A stretch of DNA of 64,000 bases from Verrucomicrobiia bacterium DG1235 (GTDB lineage Bacteria; Verrucomicrobiota; Verrucomicrobiia; Opitutales; Opitutaceae), in contig DS990592.1 in the NCBI GenBank assembly GCA_000155695.1, forward strand, positions 2,082,635-2,146,634. Direction: 5' to 3'. Numbering within the stretch: the first letter of the stretch is position 1; each line of letters begins with the position of its first letter. Made by a program: the position numbers and the translations under genes. The notes beneath the pieces are model-generated. The model had not been told where the DNA came from and did no database searches. It saw only the letters and a list, made by a program, of their open reading frames with translations. Shown piece after piece: positions 40,479-50,207 of the stretch.

Positions 40479-41020
40479 CTTGAGAAGGCGAAACTCAAAA
40501 GCTCAAAGGGGGTTTTTCACTTTTACAGCTCCGCTAGTTTATAACCCTGCGAACAGTTTAGCATCCACGATGCCAACCCTCCCGAAACTCACTTGCTTTC
40601 AGTTCTTTCTCCGAAGCCACCTTACGAGCAATGATTCAAACCGATATCTAAGGAACTTAAAATCAACGACTTACAATTCAGATGAATCTTTTGAGAAACG
40701 TTCACAAGCCAAAATACGCTTCTTTTTAAGCGAACTTTGCCCCCGAGAGGCCAACTCTCAGCGCTCATTTTTCCATTTATTCAATTATAACATTTTCTTT
40801 GAAATATGAAAATTATTCATTTTCAAAAAAGTCGCCAACGAATCGCGAATCTCGCCATCTCGCTCTCGATTTTGAGCAAAGCCTCAGAAGGCGATCTAGC
40901 TGCCATCGGGCTAAGTCCCACAGGGTCGCAATTCACCCCTGACCGACCGAGCGCGCGTCCTCCCCGCCCGCCAAGAGAAGCTCAAAGCGCTCTCACAATT
41001 TCCTGCCTTAAACAGAACTA

Positions 41021-43231
41021 TCAAACCACGCTCAAGCGAACCGCGCAGTGCTTGTAGGAGGGCTGTCTGGAATGCGGATCCACGTCCTGCTTCGTCAGCC
41101 AGTTGGTCTCCGAATAGTGCATCGGCATGAAGACTTGACCCGGCCGAACCGTAGGCGTCACGAACGCGCTCGCTTTCACGGATCCGCGTCTCGAGGTGAC
41201 GACCACCTTTTCCCCAGCGGCCACCCCTAACTCAGCAGCGTCCCGAGGATTCACCTCGACGTATACTTCCCTTGGATACAGCTTTCGTAAAACGTCAGAC
41301 TTCGAGGTCCGCGTCTGCGTATGCCACTGGGCCGACGTTCCTCGTCCAGTCAAAAGAACAAATGGATACGCTGCGTCGACCTCCTCAGGCAACGGACTGG
41401 GCTTGTCGAAGAGGAACTGCGCCCTTCCATTCGGTCGATAAAAATTCCCGTCGCCAAACAAGCTTCGATGCGTCGCGCCATCAAGCGCTTCCGATCGATA
41501 AGGCCACTGAATGCCGCCCTTCTGATCAAGCAATTCGTAACCATCGATCCCGGAGATGTCGCAGGGTCTTCCTTCCGTGAGACGCGCTAGAATTTTGAAT
41601 ACATTTTCCGGAGTGTCCCATTCTCGAAACATCTCCCCGCAGCCCCAATAACTGGCCAACAAACGAAATATATTGAAATCCGAAAGGGCTTCCCCCGGAG
41701 CTTTTCTTACCTTCCGCGCGCGTCCGATTCTTCGCTCGGAATTAATGAAGGTGCCCTCTTTCTCTCCCCAACCCGCAGCGGGCAAGACAAGATCCGCCAA
41801 CTGTGCCGTCTCGGTACTGTGGTACATGTCTTGCACCACTAAGAATTCCAGATTCTTGACAGCATCCCTGAAACGGCCTTGCCCAATCCAGGAGTGGGCG
41901 GAGTTCGTTGCGATGATCCAAAGGCCTTTGATCTTCCCAGACTCCACCCCAGCTACGATCTGATCATACGCCCAACAGTTTTCGTCAGGCACTTTGGATA
42001 AATCTATTTTGAGAACAGCTGCCACCTTCTCTCGGTGCTCATCCTTTAGAAAGTCATGCCCCCCAATCAGGCTGCTCGTATTCGAAAACAAACGAGAACC
42101 CATTGCGTTGCACTGTCCGGTGATGGAATTTGCCCCCGTGCCAGGGCGACCAATATTGCCAGTCATTAAGCAGATATTGATCAGCGACTGAGCAAGGCGG
42201 ACGCCTTCATAACTCTGGTTCACTCCCATGGTCCACCAGATCGAAACACGCTTGCCCGCCGCGATACTCTCAACAAACCGCCCTACTTGTTTCATGGAAA
42301 GTCCACTGTCTCCACAGACGCGCTCCATAGTGTACTCTTGCACAAATCCTTCGAAATCCTCGAAGCCATCGGTATGGCGTTCGAGAAAGTCTCGCTTCAC
42401 ATGACCACGAACAATCAGCTCACGAGCGATTCCATAAAAAAGAGACAAGTCCGACTTTGGAGCGATGGCGTAATGCTGAGTAGCCGCGCTTGCCGTCTCA
42501 GTAACGCGAGGGTCCACTACGATGATCTCTGGATTATTACGATTTCGCATCACCCGCTGCCACATGATCGGATGAGCGATACATGGGTTTGCTCCGACAA
42601 AAACAAGAACATCCGAGTCTTCAAAATCTTGATACGAGTACGGAGGAGCATCGAAACCAAACGACTGCTTGTAAGCGGAAACCGCCGTCGCCATACACTG
42701 CCGCGTATTCCCGTCGCCATGACGGATTCCCATGCCAAACTTCCCGAGCGCACCGAGAAAGGCATGCTCCTCGTTTGTAACCTGCCCCGTACCCAGCCAA
42801 GCCAAACTATCGAACCCATGTTTCGCTTGGATCTCCTTGAACTTCTCAACAAAAGCCGACGCGGCCACATCCCACCCGACTGGATGCAATTCACCATCTT
42901 CTCCCCTTAGCAAGGGAGAGGTCGCCCGATCAGTAGCGTCCAAGACTCGCAGCGCTTCCCAGCCCTTCGGGCATGCCATCCCAATGTTCACCGGATACGA
43001 AGGATTGGCGCTTAGATTGACCCCTTCCCCGTCTTTCATGTGAACCTTCAAAGAGCAGCCCGTCGCGCAAAAGCCACACACACTGTCTACTGTATCCGTC
43101 GGCTTGAGACGCTCCGGGACCTTACCCAAACCGAACCCACCCGGATTCAAAACGAGATCCTTCGTCAGCGGACCATTCCATTCTCTTAGCAGACTGTTCG
43201 TCTGCGTGCGCTTAGGGATCAATCCACTCAT
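41021..43231 (-). CDS. Molybdopterin (bis-MGD) oxidoreductase catalytic subunit, cytoplasmic (no Tat signal); NarB/NasA-like or SoeA/PsrA-like
   Basis: 736 aa. N-terminal [10 protein letters not shown]...MACPKG 4Fe-4S motif after a ~50-aa non-Tat leader. Molybdopterin oxidoreductase domains throughout. Confidence 0.8.
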   Translation of the reverse strand: MSGLIPKRTQTNSLLREWNGPLTKDLVLNPGGFGLGKVPERLKPTDTVDSVCGFCATGCSLKVHMKDGEGVNLSANPSYPVNIGMACPKGWEALRVLDATDRATSPLLRGEDGELHPVGWDVAASAFVEKFKEIQAKHGFDSLAWLGTGQVTNEEHAFLGALGKFGMGIRHGDGNTRQCMATAVSAYKQSFGFDAPPYSYQDFEDSDVLVFVGANPCIAHPIMWQRVMRNRNNPEIIVVDPRVTETASAATQHYAIAPKSDLSLFYGIARELIVRGHVKRDFLERHTDGFEDFEGFVQEYTMERVCGDSGLSMKQVGRFVESIAAGKRVSIWWTMGVNQSYEGVRLAQSLINICLMTGNIGRPGTGANSITGQCNAMGSRLFSNTSSLIGGHDFLKDEHREKVAAVLKIDLSKVPDENCWAYDQIVAGVESGKIKGLWIIATNSAHSWIGQGRFRDAVKNLEFLVVQDMYHSTETAQLADLVLPAAGWGEKEGTFINSERRIGRARKVRKAPGEALSDFNIFRLLASYWGCGEMFREWDTPENVFKILARLTEGRPCDISGIDGYELLDQKGGIQWPYRSEALDGATHRSLFGDGNFYRPNGRAQFLFDKPSPLPEEVDAAYPFVLLTGRGTSAQWHTQTRTSKSDVLRKLYPREVYVEVNPRDAAELGVAAGEKVVVTSRRGSVKASAFVTPTVRPGQVFMPMHYSETNWLTKQDVDPHSRQPSYKHCAVRLSVV

Positions 43232-44811
43232 CCGTTTACACCTCCTGGCATCTTGGGAGCATTTACTGCCTTAAAATAAAGCGCTCGCTCCATCAATTCG
43301 CCCGCAAGCGCGAAAGCGAGCACGAGCAAGCTGAAATACATTTCACCCGACAAAGATGCGCTCACTGCCATCAAGCAAGTCGCCACGCCCACCCCGAGTC
43401 GCATCCTCCAGATCCTGGACAAAACACCCGTCAGCAGACCATCGCTCGTTCGATTTTCGCCAAATGACCGCTTCTCCAGAACAAGCTTTATGCAAGTCGC
43501 CAAAACAAGGGCCACCGACAGCGTCCGGGAAACTTGCCCAGATCCAAGCATCCCTAGAGACAACGCTCCCAAGACGACCGAACCATAGAACTTCGATAGC
43601 GTACTGCTCAACTTCCAAAAACTGCGCTGTGTATCCACATAAATATACACCGACGTGAAGACGCCCACTATCCCCAGAGCCGCAGTTGCCACCACAGCTC
43701 CGCGCCCCACGGTCGACAACCAGCCTAGCTCGCCAAAATAGCCCAGCCACTCCAAGACGATAGCTGCGACAGCGACATTCGCAGCCCCCGAGCACGCTCC
43801 AAGCGCCAACGCTTCGCGACTCAGCCAGGAATGGCGAAAACCAAGAAAAATTCGCCACGCCTTCAAGGGTTGCCCCAAATGCAGCACGCTGCAAAGCAGT
43901 CCGAGGTGAAAGACAGCCCAAGCCAAAACAAGCGACAACACCCCGCCGCCAGTCAACACGCCAGCCCCACTTAAGGCTGAAGCGACAAAGCCCCCCACTC
44001 CGACTTGACTCAGAGCGAGCAAGCCAACAAGCGGCCAATGCGTATGCTGAGCTCGAAGGACATGGGCGTCACCAGCAGCCATTTCCTTAGGTAGTCCCTT
44101 TTCCGATACATAACGCGTCGTCGGCTTTGTATACGAAGGCTTCGGACTGTCGGGCAAAAAACTGGAGTCATCAGACGCGAGCGCCACCATCGCGTCCTTC
44201 TCAACCGTTACGATCTCGATCGCCTCATGCGGACAAGCCTGCACGCAAGCAGGCGCCTCGCCATCAGAAAGCCGCGAATGGCACATATCGCACTTGCGGA
44301 CGATACCACGCTTGGGACTGAACTTCGGTACGTCGTACGGGCACTTGAGCACGCAATACTGGCAACCGATGCACTGATCGTCCAAATGCAAAACGATCCC
44401 ACTCACAGCATCCTTTTCGTAGGCATCGACCGGGCAGCCGATCATGCACGCCGGCTCGACGCAATGGTGACACGCGCTCGTCACGGTCTGCACAACCGGA
44501 CCGCGATCCCCTTCGCCCACCAACATGCCCACGTCGCGCCACGTCTCGTTTTCGTCCAAGCCATTCAGACTATGGCAAGCCGTCACGCAGCCCTTACAGC
44601 CCGAGCAGCGATCAAGATTCACCTGAAACGCATACTGCTCGCCCGGCCCCGGAGCTGACAAAGGAACGAGATCGCCAAACGAGCCCGCCTGCCCCGCCGC
44701 GCTCCTTTCAGCCGCCTCAGCAATACGACCCACCGGGGTAGCAACCTGCTGCTGCTCCTCAAGCAGCATATCAATCAAGGTCTTATCCGTCAGTTCAATC
44801 AGTTCGCTCAT
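43228..44811 (-). CDS. Fused four-cluster [4Fe-4S] ferredoxin (DmsB-like) plus ~8-TM membrane anchor (DmsC/NrfD-like) subunit
   Basis: 527 aa. Four CxxCxxCxxxCP-type motifs in residues ~65-200, then a long polytopic hydrophobic C-terminal half. Overlaps the catalytic-subunit gene by 4 bp. Confidence 0.75.
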   Translation of the reverse strand: MSELIELTDKTLIDMLLEEQQQVATPVGRIAEAAERSAAGQAGSFGDLVPLSAPGPGEQYAFQVNLDRCSGCKGCVTACHSLNGLDENETWRDVGMLVGEGDRGPVVQTVTSACHHCVEPACMIGCPVDAYEKDAVSGIVLHLDDQCIGCQYCVLKCPYDVPKFSPKRGIVRKCDMCHSRLSDGEAPACVQACPHEAIEIVTVEKDAMVALASDDSSFLPDSPKPSYTKPTTRYVSEKGLPKEMAAGDAHVLRAQHTHWPLVGLLALSQVGVGGFVASALSGAGVLTGGGVLSLVLAWAVFHLGLLCSVLHLGQPLKAWRIFLGFRHSWLSREALALGACSGAANVAVAAIVLEWLGYFGELGWLSTVGRGAVVATAALGIVGVFTSVYIYVDTQRSFWKLSSTLSKFYGSVVLGALSLGMLGSGQVSRTLSVALVLATCIKLVLEKRSFGENRTSDGLLTGVLSRIWRMRLGVGVATCLMAVSASLSGEMYFSLLVLAFALAGELMERALYFKAVNAPKMPGGVNG

Positions 44812-45108
44812 CTAAAAATCACAACCCGAGCAAACCTCAGCTACCAACGTGCCAACCATTTGAAATGCACTAATTAGTACGATTCTTATTTTCGTTACTT
44901 ATCATTAATAAATTTCATTCAAAGACAAACCCGACTGTTTCCCTTTGCCTTTGATCCTCACCTATTTCCACAGGCTTATCCCCCAGATACTCAAGCTACA
45001 CCCTCCCAAGACAAGCGCATGGTCCGAGAGCGTGTCCTCAAATGAGCTCTTTGCTGGTTCGAGCCCCAACCGATGCAGCTAAGCCAGCCAATGGCTGAAC
45101 ATGCTTCG

Positions 45109-46458
45109 CTACGCACCCTCCTGCACAGGGTAGAAGAAGGGAATCACTATCGTCGACTCCACCGCACGGCCATCTTTGTAGCCAGGGCTGAACGTACACT
45201 GCTCCGCAGCTTCACGAGTCGGCTTCACAAGCGAAGGATGACTACTTTCCATTACCCGGGCATCGATAACATTTCCTCTCGCGTCGATTCTCAGGTGCAT
45301 CAGGACATGACCCTTCAAATCTGCCAGAGAGCGACGCAACTTAGGCTTCACGGAAGTCAGAAGGACCGGGAGTTTTTCCAGAGAGTCCTCGATAGACTCA
45401 ACCTTATCGAACTCGAAGCGCCGCTTCACAGACGTCGCGATCGCCTTCCCCCTAGACAAGGCAGGCTTGAACCGGAATGAATACAAAGCGGAACTAACTT
45501 TTTCCGCAAGTTCCGGCGAACTGAAAAGCCCTAAGCTTGGGTTCGAAACATACCCAAGCTCATCCACCACGAACACTGTTTCGACAAATCCCGACTCGTC
45601 GGGTCCAACTTCCACTGGAGCTTCATAGATAGCAACGGGCTGACTCTCGACCGATGGAGAAACCGAGTCCAGAACATCGTCGAAACTAAAATCCAAAATC
45701 TTGGCAGTATAGACAAACGGTACCCCGATCGTTATTGTCCGATCCACTCCCTCCCGCTCCTCAAAGGTCCATTGGCGAGCAGCATCCAAGGTAGGCAGAT
45801 TAAGAGCTTCTTGAGTCGAGCTGCGTATCCATAATTTTTCGACACTACCGTCCTTAGCTACTTCAAACGCGACATTCACCGTACCACTAAGCCCGTCGTG
45901 TACTTTAGATAGCACTGGAGCCACGCGTTTCCCTATCGCGTTCTTTTGGTTTCGATCTTCATCCACAGACCCCGCTATCTTTTCGCTAGCTTCCGAATCG
46001 AACTCCCTTTCCTCCTTCTCGGTCCTGCTTTCTTCGGCTCTTCGCGACTTACGGCTGGGCTCCTCGACCGCGGAGGCCAGCAAGTCCATCGTCTTTCTAT
46101 CGTACAAGGGCTCTCCTTCCTCAAACCGGAAGAGCTGTCGATAGATCCCAATAGCAGGTTTTCCGGATCTTTTAGCTGGATCGAATTCCCAACGGCCCAG
46201 CGCGGAGACGCACGCGCTGTCCAAACGCTCATTCGTGGAAGAAATGACTTCAACGCTCGCGATCATACCCTTTGGCGAAACAGCAACCATGACTTCCACC
46301 TTCCCAGATTCACTAGCGAGATCTCCTTCTAGACTGGGAAAAACGACAGATGAACCAATAGGAATCGGCGGGCTGTCTTCCGCGCTCAGGAAAGGCGCGA
46401 TACAAGCCACGACCAGGAAACAGCAAAAAGACGGAATGCTTAGGGACGAAGGTCTCAT
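45109..46458 (-). CDS. Secreted protein with three TonB-C-like domains
   Basis: 449 aa. Signal peptide. Three ~80-aa modules each resembling TonB_C (GKVEVMVAVSPKG...ALGRWEFDPA; GTVNVAFEVAKDG...ARQWTFEE; GHVLMHLRIDARG...AEQCTFSPG). Confidence 0.5.
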   Translation of the reverse strand: MRPSSLSIPSFCCFLVVACIAPFLSAEDSPPIPIGSSVVFPSLEGDLASESGKVEVMVAVSPKGMIASVEVISSTNERLDSACVSALGRWEFDPAKRSGKPAIGIYRQLFRFEEGEPLYDRKTMDLLASAVEEPSRKSRRAEESRTEKEEREFDSEASEKIAGSVDEDRNQKNAIGKRVAPVLSKVHDGLSGTVNVAFEVAKDGSVEKLWIRSSTQEALNLPTLDAARQWTFEEREGVDRTITIGVPFVYTAKILDFSFDDVLDSVSPSVESQPVAIYEAPVEVGPDESGFVETVFVVDELGYVSNPSLGLFSSPELAEKVSSALYSFRFKPALSRGKAIATSVKRRFEFDKVESIEDSLEKLPVLLTSVKPKLRRSLADLKGHVLMHLRIDARGNVIDARVMESSHPSLVKPTREAAEQCTFSPGYKDGRAVESTIVIPFFYPVQEGA

Positions 46459-46770
46459 GATGATTTGAGGGAGTTAACAAGATTTAGACAAGGTAAGCGC
46501 AAACGCTTCGGGTTCGAACGAGCGAAACTACTTACAATCTATACAACGGCCCAAACTGAAAAAAATTTAAGAAACAAACATAAGATATTAAACAATATCG
46601 ACTTACAGCAAGCCACCTAGCCAAGCCCAAAACCCGTTTCTAATAAGCTAACATCACCCTACTTATAAAAAGGGGATAACACCTCAAGTAATAACAGCAT
46701 ACACCGAATCCTAATAAGGATTTTTCTAGGAATACTACTAACACCAACTCATCAAGCTCCCCCTTTAACA

Positions 46771-49700
46771 ATGTCTACATACAAAAACCCCAGCCTCACG
46801 CCCTACGAACTCGCCGAACAAATTCGCCTATTCATATCTGAAAACCGAAAAGGCCAAGCCGCCGCCCGTCTCGCATGGCGCTTTTCTCGAGCGATAGAAA
46901 ACGCGAAGCTGGACCTTGACGAAATCAAGAAGCTTATAAGGGACAGAAACACTATAGAAGCATTCCTTCTCGCTCACACCGCTCCCGCTATCGCAGAAGT
47001 TGTCAAGGAGCTCACCCTCCCCGAATCAACAAACTGGAAGCTCAATTGCGAAGCGTACCAACGCTGCGTCCCGTCAAGCCTGGATCCCGTAACCGTTACA
47101 GAAATCGAAGATGAATTTCCACCCATTCGAGAGCGAGAAGAGTGGCTACTTGACGAATACAGATCCCGTAAAGAAAGCGGTCAGCTCGCGGAGTCGTATC
47201 CAATTATTCGCTACCTATCGAAACAGCCAAGCTCGAGCCTGGCGCTCAAAAGCGAACAATCCGACGTTAAAACAGTCCTCATCCAGCAAGCTTCCACTCA
47301 ACTATCAGATCTCCTGAAACAGGAGGCAAACAGCTCTCTCATCTCAAACGAGCTCGACTACTTCCGTTCCTACGACTTGGAAATCAACTCCAATCTAGGG
47401 CCAGTTTTCGAAAACGCCCTTTCCATCGAACGAACGCGGCAAAAAGCCCTCGCATTCGAAAAAGTCCAAAATTTTCTCCAAACCGTCGAAACAGCAGATT
47501 TGGACGGCCTAAACTGGATCTCTCACGAGAATCTCTATTTCACCTACGATGGACTCATAAACCGGCAGGAACTTAAATGGATTCTTCCCAACGAGTTGAT
47601 CAAGAACTTCAGCTTGTTCGCGGAACGCCTAAGCGACCTAAGACTCGCTTTCGAAAACAACATCACTTCACCGACCAATGTAGTCATCCCTGCAGACAAT
47701 TCGCATAAAGCTGAACCAGAAGCCGCTGAGACAGATACTATTTCAGAAAAGAAAGAGGAAGAAGAAAAAGCGGTATCAGAACCCGTTACAAAAAATGAGG
47801 ACTCTATCATTCAGGAACCGGAGCCTGCCATCGAAGCAAACCCAGTTGAAATCCCCGAGATAGAAAAGCCAGAACTCGATTGCGAACCCACGACGGTCCA
47901 AGAAAAACAGCCAGACGCCGCAGAGACAAAACCAGTTCAAGAAGCTGAAGAAGTAGCGCCTGCCATCGAAGATATTGAGCCAGCAAATCAAGAGCTCGAA
48001 TCGATCGAAGAGGAAAAGCCTACGCCAACTCTCGCTTCAGATACTATCGAAGACGAAGCGAATGAGCTTGTCGAAACAGAGCCCACGTCGATCGAGGATG
48101 AGCACACTGCCGAACCTGCTGAACAATCAGCAACTGTCGAAGAGATCGAGGAAGCTCCTAAAAACGAGGATTCAGCAACACCCTCTAACATAGAAGAACC
48201 GGCGTCGCCTCCAAACGCAAAGACACAGGAAGAAAAACAAAAGAAAGCTACACCTGAAGATGTAGCAGCTCAAGAAGTCACCACCGCGGAAAAGGAACCG
48301 GTTTCGGTTCAAACGAAGTCCGCCGACCCCAAATCGTCTCTTCCAAAATTCCTGACGATAGGTCTTCCCATTGGAACCGCTGCAGCAATTTACTTCTTTG
48401 TATTCACTTCTCCACAACAGCCAACGCCTTCTGAAACAGTTGCAGCACAAGAGGTCCAAGCCCCCCAGCCAGTCGCAGAACCTCAGATTAAGATCATTGA
48501 AGCAAAAGCGTACAACAACCCAAGCTACAACGCATACCTTACCGAACTAACGGAAATCCTCGAATCCAAATTCGACCTACAGAAGATCGAGGAAGCAGAA
48601 AACTTGCTCGCTAAGATCGACCACGAAATCGGAGGAATGCCAATCAAGGAAGCCGACAAGGCAACCGTCACTTTCAATTCGCTAAAAATCGCCACCAAGG
48701 CTCTCCAAAGAGAATTTCTCTCAAAGCTATTGGACGAAACAAACTCTAGCTACGACCTGTACGAAAATTGTATTGAAACTCTCAGCACATCTATCGGCCG
48801 CGATAATTTCCAAGACCTCGAAACAGCGGCTCTCGAGGCGAAAAACATATACATTGAAAGGGTCGAAGAGATCAGGAGTTTCGAATCAAGCAGCGCCATA
48901 AAAAGCCACAGAAGCCTGGACATGCGCTTTGAGGACGCGAAGAGGTTACACACTTCCATCCTAACCGAACGAGCTTCGCTAATCGACAGCTCTTCGCTAG
49001 AGCAATTCTACGCGAAGCTAGATAGCCTAGCGAAGCTGCCCAACAACTCGACCGAGGAAAATCAAGCCATCGCTAAGGCAGCCGATCTCGCTGCAAACCT
49101 GTCAAACTCAATAGCCGATCTTCGCTCCATCCCGATTGCCAGCGATTCAGTGGAATTTGCCGCCAACGCCTTCGATCAATCTACGCCAGTTTCTCTGGAA
49201 TTCATAGAAGAAGCGCTTTTGGACAATATGATAAGAGTCGCCCAAAACCACTCGGAGGTCTACCAAGCGACCGAGGTATACTACAAGGGCAAGAGCGAGC
49301 CTTATTCCGAAACCAAGATTCTTATCAGCGGCCCTCCAATCGTAACGGAACAGGAAAGCCAAGCGACAACCCAGATTCACCCCTTCAAGAAAAATGGGAG
49401 CGCATTCGCATCACCTGTATCCAAAAACTACATGGTCGATCAGTTCAACAATCCTTGGGGCTACAAATACAAAGAAGCCAAAACGACGCCCGAAGGTGAA
49501 TTTAGCAAAAACTACCTTACTCCCAAACTAGAGAATCTAGCGTCCCAACCCGAAGCCTTCGCAGTCCTTAGTTTAGTCGACAGCATAAACGAGCGCACCG
49601 ACCTCTCGGTAAGCTACCGAGCCTTTTGGATCCAAAAGCTCTATGAGTTCAGTTCAGAGCGACCTTGGCATTGGAAACAGGCCCTATCGCCGTCGTTCAG

Positions 49701-50166
49701 AACTAAAGGCAAGCAGCTCCAAGCAATGGATGTCGCTGCCAAAGGCGACTGGATCAGGGAAGCCCTAGACGAAAGCTACTCTACACGAAAATTCGAACCG
49801 ATCGTCTCCAGCCTCGGCACAACATCGGCAGAAAAAGAAGCCCAGGCGATCATCGCGCTTTGGGAATTCTCGAAAAATTGCGAGTTCGAGCCCATCGGCT
49901 ACGTCTCTCGAGATGGAGTTCCAGCCTTTGCCAATTCCGAAAGTATCGAAAACAAGACGCTGTGGACGCTGAACTCCGAAAACCAGACGATCAGCAGACT
50001 ATCCGCCGCCCTCGCGACAAGTCCATACAACCCAATCCTATCGGCCAGTTACGCCGGAGTAGATTCCGCTGAATTCATCGAAAACTTAAACAACGAGCTC
50101 GGAACGGACCTCTCGCAAGAGGGATTCACGAACCTTATCCCCAAGCTGTTCCAAAGCTCAAAGTGA
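46771..50166 (+). CDS. Large hypothetical bitopic membrane protein with a ~220-aa acidic (E/P/A-rich) linker
   Basis: 1131 aa. One predicted TM (FLTIGLPIGTAAAIYFFVFT) near residue 530. Noticeably lower GC and A-rich codons than its neighbours. AT-rich 310-bp upstream region. Confidence 0.5.
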   Translation: MSTYKNPSLTPYELAEQIRLFISENRKGQAAARLAWRFSRAIENAKLDLDEIKKLIRDRNTIEAFLLAHTAPAIAEVVKELTLPESTNWKLNCEAYQRCVPSSLDPVTVTEIEDEFPPIREREEWLLDEYRSRKESGQLAESYPIIRYLSKQPSSSLALKSEQSDVKTVLIQQASTQLSDLLKQEANSSLISNELDYFRSYDLEINSNLGPVFENALSIERTRQKALAFEKVQNFLQTVETADLDGLNWISHENLYFTYDGLINRQELKWILPNELIKNFSLFAERLSDLRLAFENNITSPTNVVIPADNSHKAEPEAAETDTISEKKEEEEKAVSEPVTKNEDSIIQEPEPAIEANPVEIPEIEKPELDCEPTTVQEKQPDAAETKPVQEAEEVAPAIEDIEPANQELESIEEEKPTPTLASDTIEDEANELVETEPTSIEDEHTAEPAEQSATVEEIEEAPKNEDSATPSNIEEPASPPNAKTQEEKQKKATPEDVAAQEVTTAEKEPVSVQTKSADPKSSLPKFLTIGLPIGTAAAIYFFVFTSPQQPTPSETVAAQEVQAPQPVAEPQIKIIEAKAYNNPSYNAYLTELTEILESKFDLQKIEEAENLLAKIDHEIGGMPIKEADKATVTFNSLKIATKALQREFLSKLLDETNSSYDLYENCIETLSTSIGRDNFQDLETAALEAKNIYIERVEEIRSFESSSAIKSHRSLDMRFEDAKRLHTSILTERASLIDSSSLEQFYAKLDSLAKLPNNSTEENQAIAKAADLAANLSNSIADLRSIPIASDSVEFAANAFDQSTPVSLEFIEEALLDNMIRVAQNHSEVYQATEVYYKGKSEPYSETKILISGPPIVTEQESQATTQIHPFKKNGSAFASPVSKNYMVDQFNNPWGYKYKEAKTTPEGEFSKNYLTPKLENLASQPEAFAVLSLVDSINERTDLSVSYRAFWIQKLYEFSSERPWHWKQALSPSFRTKGKQLQAMDVAAKGDWIREALDESYSTRKFEPIVSSLGTTSAEKEAQAIIALWEFSKNCEFEPIGYVSRDGVPAFANSESIENKTLWTLNSENQTISRLSAALATSPYNPILSASYAGVDSAEFIENLNNELGTDLSQEGFTNLIPKLFQSSK

Positions 50167-50207
50167 ACAAATAACAACACGAGGAACCGCCCTCCTCGTG
50201 CGCATCT

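Noticed and set aside
39237-40544. Two ~200-aa ORFs on the + strand inside the siroheme reductase gene
   Set aside because: Antisense to a conserved NIR_SIR sequence; no start context.
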